This document shows positions 57,144 to 64,000 of a stretch of 64,000 bases of DNA, piece by piece; within the stretch, counting starts at the first letter, position 1, and every line of letters starts with the position of its first letter. The notes below the pieces were generated by a model. The model had not been told where the DNA came from and ran no database searches. It was given only the letters and a program-made list of their open reading frames with translations. Made by a program: the position numbers and the translations under genes. The stretch comes from Lachnotalea sp. AF33-28 (GTDB lineage: Bacteria > Bacillota > Clostridia > Lachnospirales > Lachnospiraceae): contig NZ_QUEE01000006.1 of the NCBI RefSeq assembly GCF_003477885.1, positions 111,628-175,627 on the forward strand, in the 5' to 3' direction.

Positions 57144-58934
57144 ATGGCAGAGTCCATGAAGGGGCTTCACAGAACACATAGATGTACGGAGGTATCCAGC
57201 AGAAATATCGGAGAGACGGTTACCGTCATGGGCTGGGTGCAGAAAAGAAGAAATCTGGGGAGCTTGATTTTTATCGATTTGAGAGACCGCTCCGGTCTTT
57301 TGCAGCTGATTTTTGATGAGAATGATGTGGGAAGCGAAGGCTTCGCAAAGGCGGAGCAGCTGCGCAGCGAGTACGTGATCGCAGCGGTCGGCCGTGTGGA
57401 GGCCCGCTCCGGAGCGGTGAATGAGAATCTGGCCACCGGAGATATTGAGATCCGCGTAAAGAGTGTGCGGATTCTGTCCGAATCACAGACACCTCCGTTC
57501 CCGATTGAGGAGAACAGCCAGACGAAGGAAGAGCTGCGGCTGAAATACCGTTATCTGGACCTTCGCAGGCCCGATATACAGAGGAAGCTCATGGTGAAGA
57601 GCCGTGTGGCCGTGATGGCCAGGAATTTCATGGCCAATGAGGGATTTCTGGAAATCGAGACGCCGATGCTGACGAAGAGCACTCCGGAGGGTGCCAGGGA
57701 CTATCTGGTGCCCAGCCGCGTGCATCCCGGCTCTTTTTATGCGCTGCCCCAATCCCCGCAGCTGTTTAAGCAGCTGTTGATGTGTTCCGGCTATGACCGC
57801 TACTTCCAGATCGCAAGATGTTTCCGCGATGAGGATCTGCGCGCGGACAGACAGCCCGAATTCACTCAGATGGATATGGAGCTGTCCTTTGTGGATATAG
57901 ACGATGTGATCGATGTGAATGAAAGGCTGCTTAAGGCGCTGTTTAAGGAGATCTGCGATGTGGATGTCAAGCTGCCGATCCGCCGTATGCCTTATGCGGA
58001 GGCCATGGACCGTTTCGGTTCGGATAAGCCGGACCTTCGTTTTGGCATGGAGCTGAAGAATGTGACGGATGCGGTGCGCGGCTGCGAATTCGCGGTCTTT
58101 AAAAATGCGGTGGACAACGGCGGCTCCGTCAGAGGCATCAATGCCAAGGGACAGGGCGCGATGCCGCGCAAGAAGATCGATGCGCTGGTGGAATTTGCTA
58201 AGGGATATGGTGCAAAGGGACTGGCCTACCTAGCGGTCAACGAGGATGGCACCTATAAATCCTCCTTTGCGAAATTCATGAAGCCGGAAGAGCTGGACGC
58301 AATTGTGGCCGCTATGGAAGGCGAGCCGGGAGATCTGCTGCTGTTTGCGGCGGACAGAAATAAAGTGGTATTTGACGTGCTGGGCAGCCTGCGCCTGGAA
58401 CTGGCTAAAAATATGGGGCTGCTGGATAAAGAACGTTTTGAATTTGTATGGATCACGGAATTCCCTCTGCTGGAGTACTCGGAGGAAGAGGGCAGATATA
58501 TGGCCATGCACCATCCTTTTACAATGCCCATGGAAGAGGACCTGCCTATGATCGACACCGATCCCGGAGCGGTGCGCGCCAAGGCATACGATATTGTGCT
58601 GAACGGCTGTGAAATCGGCGGAGGGTCCGTCAGAATCCACCAGGAAGAGATACAGGAAAAGATGTTTGAGGTGCTTGGATTTACGAAGGAGAGGGCACAC
58701 GAACAGTTTGGATTTCTGCTGGATGCCTTCCAGTATGGAGTGCCGCCCCATGCAGGGCTGGCCTACGGCCTGGACCGCCTGGTAATGCTGATGACCGGCG
58801 CAGAGAGCATCCGTGAAGTGATCGCCTTCCCGAAGGTAAAGGATGCCTCCTGCCTGATGACGGAGGCGCCCGGCCGGGTGGATGAAAAGCAGCTGGAGGA
58901 ACTGGAAATCTCTGTAGCGGAACAGGGCGTATGA
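57144..58934 (+). CDS. aspS: Aspartate--tRNA ligase
   Basis: OB-fold N-terminus, GAD insertion, class II motifs (FQIARCFRDEDLRADRQPEFTQ). Confidence 0.95.
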   Translation: MAESMKGLHRTHRCTEVSSRNIGETVTVMGWVQKRRNLGSLIFIDLRDRSGLLQLIFDENDVGSEGFAKAEQLRSEYVIAAVGRVEARSGAVNENLATGDIEIRVKSVRILSESQTPPFPIEENSQTKEELRLKYRYLDLRRPDIQRKLMVKSRVAVMARNFMANEGFLEIETPMLTKSTPEGARDYLVPSRVHPGSFYALPQSPQLFKQLLMCSGYDRYFQIARCFRDEDLRADRQPEFTQMDMELSFVDIDDVIDVNERLLKALFKEICDVDVKLPIRRMPYAEAMDRFGSDKPDLRFGMELKNVTDAVRGCEFAVFKNAVDNGGSVRGINAKGQGAMPRKKIDALVEFAKGYGAKGLAYLAVNEDGTYKSSFAKFMKPEELDAIVAAMEGEPGDLLLFAADRNKVVFDVLGSLRLELAKNMGLLDKERFEFVWITEFPLLEYSEEEGRYMAMHHPFTMPMEEDLPMIDTDPGAVRAKAYDIVLNGCEIGGGSVRIHQEEIQEKMFEVLGFTKERAHEQFGFLLDAFQYGVPPHAGLAYGLDRLVMLMTGAESIREVIAFPKVKDASCLMTEAPGRVDEKQLEELEISVAEQGV

Positions 58935-60370
58935 GAAATAGAACAAGACCCATTGCATGGGTGAACTGGGCGATCGTAGTTTTAAACGTGGCTTACTTTA
59001 TCGTGCTGGAATTGGGCGGTTCCAGCCTGAATGCGGACTATATGGTGCAGATGGGGGCGGTCTATCCGCCCGCCATCCTGGAAGGACATGAATATTACCG
59101 GCTTCTGACCAGCGTGTTTATGCATTTTGGCATATCCCATCTGTTTAATAACATGCTGGTGCTGGTATTTTTGGGAGACAATCTGGAACGCGCGCTGGGA
59201 CATATCAACTATCTGCTGTTTTATTTGCTGGCAGGGATCGGTTCCAGCCTGGTTTCTGTGTTTTATTATGCTGAAGTGGGGCGCAATGTGGTTTCTGCCG
59301 GCGCTTCCGGCGCCATATTTGGCGTTGTGGGAGGCTTGATCTGCATTGTGGCGATGAACCGCGGCAGGCTGGAGGATCTGACCAGCCGGCAGCTGATTTT
59401 CCTGGCAGCGCTTTCCTTATACCACGGTTTTACGAGTATCGGCGTCAGCAATGTGGCCCATGTCAGCGGACTTGTTCTGGGACTGATTCTGGGATTTATC
59501 CTGTATCCCCGCAGCCATATGCGGGAAAATCTGCGGCGCAGGGAGGAAGAGCGGGCGCTGAAGGAGCGGGTTGCACAGGAGGGCGCCGGTTATCTAAGCC
59601 CCCGGGCCAGGGAAATCCTCGCAGAGGAGCAGCGGACCGTATCCAGAATGCGGATTTTCCAGGGAGCAGCCCTGGTGCTGATGGCCGCTTCCTTTCTGAC
59701 CGGCTGGCTGGTTTTTCTGGTCATGTCGGCCGCCATTTACATGCTGATGCGGAAAAATATTGAGAAATACCGGGGCGAGCGTATCGTGAAACTGCTGACA
59801 GATGAGTGCGACCCGGCTGCCTTCCGCGAGCTGATGGTATTTGCCGGCCGCAGCGGGTTTCGCACACCGCAGGAGATGCAGGCGAATCTGCTTAACATCT
59901 GCGCAGCCGATATTGAACTGGGAGATTTTCGGGAAGCGGAGACCATACTGGAAAAGATCAGAGAAGACTCTCTTTCTCCGGCGCTTAAGATCTCCTATTG
60001 GTACCGCGTGCTCCAGATCGACTTTGAAAAGGGCGGTACGAACGCCTATGATTTCCATTTAAAGACCTTTATGGAGCTTCCGGACAGGGTGGTGCTCACA
60101 GGCAAGACAAAGGCGGCCTATGAGGTACAGAAGGCGTATGCCCTCTATTACCGGGCATATATGGAGGGCGATCTGAAGCTTCAGAAAGTGCAGCTGGCGA
60201 AGATACAGCTGGCGGTCAAATGTCCCAGGGATCAGGTGGCCTATCAGTACTGGCTGGGATGCACCAGAAAGCAGGAGGGCGATCTGGCGGGAGCCAGACA
60301 GTGTTTCTCCTATGTTGCTTCCAGCGGAAACCGGACGCGCTTTGCACAGCTGGCGCAGAGGAAGTTATAG
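58931..60370 (+). CDS. Rhomboid family intramembrane serine protease with a C-terminal TPR-like domain (GluP-like)
   Basis: Rhomboid catalytic GASGAIFG and a downstream His in TM6. C-terminal ~230 aa helical-repeat domain. Confidence 0.8.
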   Translation: MRNRTRPIAWVNWAIVVLNVAYFIVLELGGSSLNADYMVQMGAVYPPAILEGHEYYRLLTSVFMHFGISHLFNNMLVLVFLGDNLERALGHINYLLFYLLAGIGSSLVSVFYYAEVGRNVVSAGASGAIFGVVGGLICIVAMNRGRLEDLTSRQLIFLAALSLYHGFTSIGVSNVAHVSGLVLGLILGFILYPRSHMRENLRRREEERALKERVAQEGAGYLSPRAREILAEEQRTVSRMRIFQGAALVLMAASFLTGWLVFLVMSAAIYMLMRKNIEKYRGERIVKLLTDECDPAAFRELMVFAGRSGFRTPQEMQANLLNICAADIELGDFREAETILEKIREDSLSPALKISYWYRVLQIDFEKGGTNAYDFHLKTFMELPDRVVLTGKTKAAYEVQKAYALYYRAYMEGDLKLQKVQLAKIQLAVKCPRDQVAYQYWLGCTRKQEGDLAGARQCFSYVASSGNRTRFAQLAQRKL

Positions 60371-60400
60371 AGGGCAGGGATATTATTTTTGAAAGAATAT

Positions 60401-60432
60401 GGCGTAACCTTAAAATGAGGTTACGCCGTTTT
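60401..60432 (+). terminator. Rho-independent terminator after the rhomboid gene
   Basis: ggcgtaacct taaaatg aggttacgcc followed by GTTTT. Confidence 0.65.
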
Positions 60433-60522
60433 AGTTAATAGAAATATTCCCATATTGGAATAACTAATGCGTATTGAATTAATATATGCTATAATGGGAA
60501 TAATTGTACAGGAGGTGTTGCC

Positions 60523-61740
60523 ATGATTCAGAGAAAAGAATATCTAAGCCAGCTTGCTGCCTGGAGAGATGAGCAGGTTATAAAAGTTATTACTGGTATC
60601 CGGAGGTGTGGAAAATCTACGCTCATGCTGCAATTTCAGGATTACCTGAAGGCGGACGGTGTAGAGGAAAGTCAGATTATCGCTGTGAACTTTGAAGAAT
60701 TGGAATATGAAGAACTGCTGGATTATAAAAAGCTATACGCCTATTTGAAAGAACGGATTGACCCGGAGAAGAAAAATTATATTTTTCTGGATGAAATCCA
60801 GCGGGTTTTGTCCTATGAAAAGGTTGTGGACAGTCTTTATATAAAAGATTATGCAGACATTTACCTCACTGGTTCAAACTCTTATATGCTTTCGGGAGAC
60901 TTGGCAACTCTGCTGACCGGCAGATATGTTGAGATTAAGATGCTGCCTTTATCATTCCGGGAATTCTGTGAATTTACAGGCATGTCCTCTGACTCCGCTT
61001 TTGCTGAATATATAAAAGTAGGCGGTCTGCCTTATGTGGCAGCGATGGACAGACGGATAGAAAAGGCAGATACCTATTTGGAAGGAATCTATAATACCGT
61101 TATTGTCCGTGATATCGAAGAACGGCAGAGCAGAAAAGATTCGGATGCCGGGAAACGCAAAATCAATGATATCGCACTCCTGAAATCCATTGCAAAATAC
61201 CTGGCAAGTGTGATTGGAAGTCCTGTGTCGATCAAAAGTGTTACGGATTATCTGATTTCAAGCGGCAGAAAAGTTTCTCCTAATACCGTTGATGACTATA
61301 TTGATGCATTGACGGAAGCATTTGTTTTTTATGAGGCAGAACGGTTCGACATCGTCGGCAAAGAACTTCTCCGGACAAACCGTAAATACTACATGGTAGA
61401 TTTAGGGTTACGCAATCATGTATTTGCAAAGCGGAGATACGATCTTGGCTTCACAGTGGAAAATGTTGTGTATTTTGAATTGCTTCGGAGAGGCTATAAG
61501 GTCAATATCGGCAAGGTGGGAACTACGGAGGTGGATTTTGTGGCAAGTAAGAATGGGGAATTTCAGTATATTCAGGTAACTGCTGATATGACCGCAGAAG
61601 AAACCTTTGAGCGTGAAATGCGTTCACTTCGGCTGATTAAAGATAACTATGAAAAGATGATTCTTACACTGGATCGGTATTCCGTCGGAAATTACGAGGG
61701 AATACGGGTGGTAAATATTATTGATTGGCTGATGGGATAG
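60523..61740 (+). CDS. AAA+ ATPase (COG1373-type, DUF4143 C-terminal domain)
   Basis: Walker A GIRRCGKST, Walker B YIFLDEIQ. Lower-GC gene in an AT-rich intergenic context. Confidence 0.75.
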   Translation: MIQRKEYLSQLAAWRDEQVIKVITGIRRCGKSTLMLQFQDYLKADGVEESQIIAVNFEELEYEELLDYKKLYAYLKERIDPEKKNYIFLDEIQRVLSYEKVVDSLYIKDYADIYLTGSNSYMLSGDLATLLTGRYVEIKMLPLSFREFCEFTGMSSDSAFAEYIKVGGLPYVAAMDRRIEKADTYLEGIYNTVIVRDIEERQSRKDSDAGKRKINDIALLKSIAKYLASVIGSPVSIKSVTDYLISSGRKVSPNTVDDYIDALTEAFVFYEAERFDIVGKELLRTNRKYYMVDLGLRNHVFAKRRYDLGFTVENVVYFELLRRGYKVNIGKVGTTEVDFVASKNGEFQYIQVTADMTAEETFEREMRSLRLIKDNYEKMILTLDRYSVGNYEGIRVVNIIDWLMG

Positions 61741-61746
61741 ACGATG

Positions 61747-62016
61747 ACGGCGGCCCTGTGCTGTGAACTTCACCGACCTCGGCCGTTGGTGGGGTACGAA
61801 TCCTAAAACGAAAACGCAGGAAGAAATTGATATCATGGGAACAGACAAGGACACTGCCTTGTTTGCTGAATGCAAGTGGATAAACGAAAAAGTTGACCTC
61901 GGTGTGCTTGAAACTCTTGCGGAGCGCAGCAGAGCTGGGCAATGTAACGCTTGTACCCTATGAGGATATTTTGAAGGAAGCATCTGTGAATGAAATTGGC
62001 ATACCAGAATTCGTGT
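61747..62016 (+). pseudogene. C-terminal remnant of an ATPase gene (DUF234-type), N-terminally truncated and frameshifted
   Basis: Frame open from the TGA at 61744-61746: NFTDLGRWWGTNPKTKTQEEIDIMGTDKDTALFAECKWINEKVDLGVLETLAE. Homology continues in another frame (ELGNVTLVPYEDIL). It abuts the stop of the upstream ATPase gene. Confidence 0.5.
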
Positions 62017-62745
62017 TTATTTTTTTTGTTTGTTTTCGGTCAGTTCACGGATTTCCTCTACTGTCAGGGCTCGGTACTCTCCTGGCGCAAGGGTGGGGTC
62101 AAGTTTCAGGCTGCCCATAGAAATTCGTTTCAGATACAGCACTTTTTTACCTTTCGCTTCGAACATCCTTTTTACCTGGTGGAAACGTCCCTCGGTGATG
62201 GTGAGTTCAATTTCCGATTCCGGACCGGAGGAGAGAATCCGCAGGTCGGCCGGGAGCGTGGGCTTTGGATCTCCGATATCCACGCCTTCCCTGAACGCGG
62301 CAGCGTCCTCTTCGGTGACGGTGCCGTCGATTCTGGCATAGTAGGTTTTGGATACATGTTTTCCGGGAGCCAGAAGATTATGCGCAAGAGGACCATCATT
62401 GGTGATCAGAATCAGCCCTTCTGTATCCTTATCCAAACGGCCTGTGGGAAAAAGATCCTTCCGCTTTTTGGAACGGATCAGATCCAGAACGGTTCTTTCA
62501 CGGCTGTCTTCAGTGGCCGTGATGACTCCGGCCGGTTTATTTAAGAGATAGTACTCGTATTCCGTATAGGAGATCTCCTCATTGCGGCACACCACATGGT
62601 CCGTTTCCGGATTCACTTTATAATCCGGGCTTTTTACAATCACGCCGTTGACCGCAGTCCGGCCTTTTCGGATGAACTGCTTTACCTCTGCCCTCGAGCC
62701 GCATCCCATGTCTGCAAGAAATTTATCAAGTCGGATCATATTCAT
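62017..62745 (-). CDS. Pseudouridine synthase, RsuA/RluB family (S4 domain + catalytic domain)
   Basis: N-terminal S4 domain (MIRLDKFLADMGCGSRAEVKQFIRKGRTAVNG), catalytic Asp in FPTGRLDKDTEGLILITNDG. Confidence 0.85.
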   Translation of the reverse strand: MNMIRLDKFLADMGCGSRAEVKQFIRKGRTAVNGVIVKSPDYKVNPETDHVVCRNEEISYTEYEYYLLNKPAGVITATEDSRERTVLDLIRSKKRKDLFPTGRLDKDTEGLILITNDGPLAHNLLAPGKHVSKTYYARIDGTVTEEDAAAFREGVDIGDPKPTLPADLRILSSGPESEIELTITEGRFHQVKRMFEAKGKKVLYLKRISMGSLKLDPTLAPGEYRALTVEEIRELTENKQKK

Positions 62746-62752
62746 ATCAGCC

Positions 62753-63424
62753 TCATTTTTTCAGGATTGTATCCACAATACCGCACAGTATTCCGCCTAT
62801 GGGAAAAACAACCCATGCCGGATGCCAGGCGCTCAGGAGAGAACCGCTTAAGAAAAAGACCAGCGTTGCGATACACATGATCAGGCTGCAGATCTTGTCG
62901 GATGTTTTTTTGCGCCGTTTGGCAATAGCCTTTGGATCCGTCTCTATGCGCATGGATGCCTTCACATCGGCGAATTTGCTGTTCGAGATATTTGCCACGA
63001 TGATGATGGCGACGCCCAGCATCATAAACAGCAGCATTGCGATGACGGGCATATTGGAATCCGCACCGAAGAAGGTTTCTAAAAAGAGCAGCGAGATGAT
63101 TCCCAGAAAAAACATGCACACTCCGGCCGCGATTGCCAGCGCATATTTGGTTTTAAAGGCCCGGTATTCCTCTAACGGCGTGGGTGCCAGAGGGTCCTGA
63201 TACCAGATTGCCGGGTCCACGCCCAGGCTGGCTTTCAGCTCTTCCACGTTGCCGAACTGTGAGACCACCAGCCCGAATGCTTCATCTTCATTTTTTCCTT
63301 CGGACAAAAGCCTCTCATAGTGCGTTTTCATAAGGGACTGGAGGTTGGATTTTGTTTTAGTTACGACCTCCGCTTCCGGCCATCCGGAAAATACATTTTG
63401 AATATAAGTTTCTATCTTATCCAT
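62753..63424 (-). CDS. Membrane protein with an N-terminal DUF1700/HAAS-like cytoplasmic domain
   Basis: N-terminal MDKIETYIQNVFSGWPE...EDEAFGLVVSQFGNVEEL pattern, followed by 3-4 TM helices. Confidence 0.45.
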   Translation of the reverse strand: MDKIETYIQNVFSGWPEAEVVTKTKSNLQSLMKTHYERLLSEGKNEDEAFGLVVSQFGNVEELKASLGVDPAIWYQDPLAPTPLEEYRAFKTKYALAIAAGVCMFFLGIISLLFLETFFGADSNMPVIAMLLFMMLGVAIIIVANISNSKFADVKASMRIETDPKAIAKRRKKTSDKICSLIMCIATLVFFLSGSLLSAWHPAWVVFPIGGILCGIVDTILKK

Positions 63425-63508
63425 AATCAGCTCTTAAAGTCCTTTCTGCTGTCACCAGCCTTAAGCGGATGACCTGCGCACACATCAGTGTGCTTCCTCT
63501 TTCGTCTT

Positions 63509-63793
63509 TTAGCTCGGCTGTCCGAAGGCAAGATAAATCAGCACGGCGGCCCCAAGCTCAAGTAACAGGATGCAGGGGATCCCCGCGGTAAATTTTTTAT
63601 GCTTTGTTTTGTGACGGAAATAGTACATGCCCATGAGACTTCCTGCGCTCCCTCCGGCTGCGGCGATCAGGAGCAGTGTTTTCTCCGGAATCCGCCACTT
63701 CCCGCGGCGGGCCCGTGATTTATCAATGCCCATACTTATAAAACCGGCCAGGTTTGCGGCAAGAAGCCATAATATCAGCCATTCCATTGGCAC
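63509..63793 (-). CDS. DUF1294 small membrane protein
   Basis: 94 aa, two TM helices flanking a basic loop (IDKSRARRGKWRIPEKTL). Confidence 0.5.
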   Translation of the reverse strand: MPMEWLILWLLAANLAGFISMGIDKSRARRGKWRIPEKTLLLIAAAGGSAGSLMGMYYFRHKTKHKKFTAGIPCILLLELGAAVLIYLAFGQPS

Positions 63794-64000
63794 ACCTTTT
63801 CAAGCAGCCCGGCGATCTTTTCCAGACCGCGCCGGTCCGTTCCGTCGAACCGGCTTTTTACAGGACTGTCGATATCCAGAACCCCTATGGGCATTCCGCC
63901 GCCGTCATGCAGCGGTATTACTATCTCAGAGCGGGACGCGCTGTCACAGGCGATGTGTCCGGGAAACGCCAGGACATCCTCCACCAGTTCCGTCCGGTTC
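63775..64000 (-). CDS. GAF domain-containing protein (free methionine-R-sulfoxide reductase-like), N-terminus beyond the window
   Basis: C-terminal GAF motif EIVIPLHDGGGMPIGVLDIDSPVKSRFDGTDRRGLEKIAGLL. Confidence 0.55.
   Translation of the reverse strand, partial: NRTELVEDVLAFPGHIACDSASRSEIVIPLHDGGGMPIGVLDIDSPVKSRFDGTDRRGLEKIAGLLEKVCQWNG

Overview
This 64-kb window looks like a mid/high-GC Firmicutes (Clostridia, probably Lachnospiraceae-like, spore-former) chromosome, with about 50 protein genes.

Layout:
- 1-1.4 kb: a two-domain PPK2 (polyphosphate:nucleotide phosphotransferase) gene on the minus strand, running off the window edge.
- 1.6-4.1 kb: a TetR regulator followed by an ABC-2 exporter.
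- 4.2-26.7 kb: a large carbohydrate-utilisation region. It holds an AraC gene and a 5'-truncated solute-binding protein (SBP) remnant, two ABC sugar-permease sets, a membrane-anchored AraC-type regulator, an LplABC-like transporter, aldose epimerase, GH2 beta-galactosidase, aldo/keto reductase, a FucI-like isomerase, a class II aldolase, a PfkB kinase, an M20 hydrolase, an MFS transporter and two URO-D-family proteins.
- 26.7-31.4 kb: a visibly AT-rich island with two ABC exporter genes, flanked by direct copies of a hairpin element, then CotF-like spore-coat genes and an SPFH protein.
- 32.6-37.2 kb: a tRNA-like structured region downstream of rtcB (RNA ligase), a dispersed ~200-bp structured repeat, and two tandem WYL-domain proteins divergent from rtcB.
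- 37.2-60.4 kb: a conserved housekeeping block: pyrG, ftsH, uvrC, hprK, murB, whiA, crh-like, dnaE, pfkA, relA/spoT, an MBL hydrolase, a hemZ-like radical SAM gene, hisS, aspS and a rhomboid protease.
- 60.4-64 kb: a lower-GC AAA-ATPase gene plus an ATPase gene remnant, then rsuA-like and small membrane/GAF genes.

No rRNA, canonical tRNA or CRISPR array was found. The three most interesting candidates are the rtcB / tRNA-like RNA / WYL-pair neighbourhood, the structured repeat with covariation between its two copies, and the AT-rich ABC-exporter island with duplicated hairpins.

Coordinates I placed by hand (starts, hairpins, promoters) may be off by 1-3 nt. At one place (around 38.76-38.82 kb) my hand count disagreed with the ORF track by 1 nt; I followed the track there.
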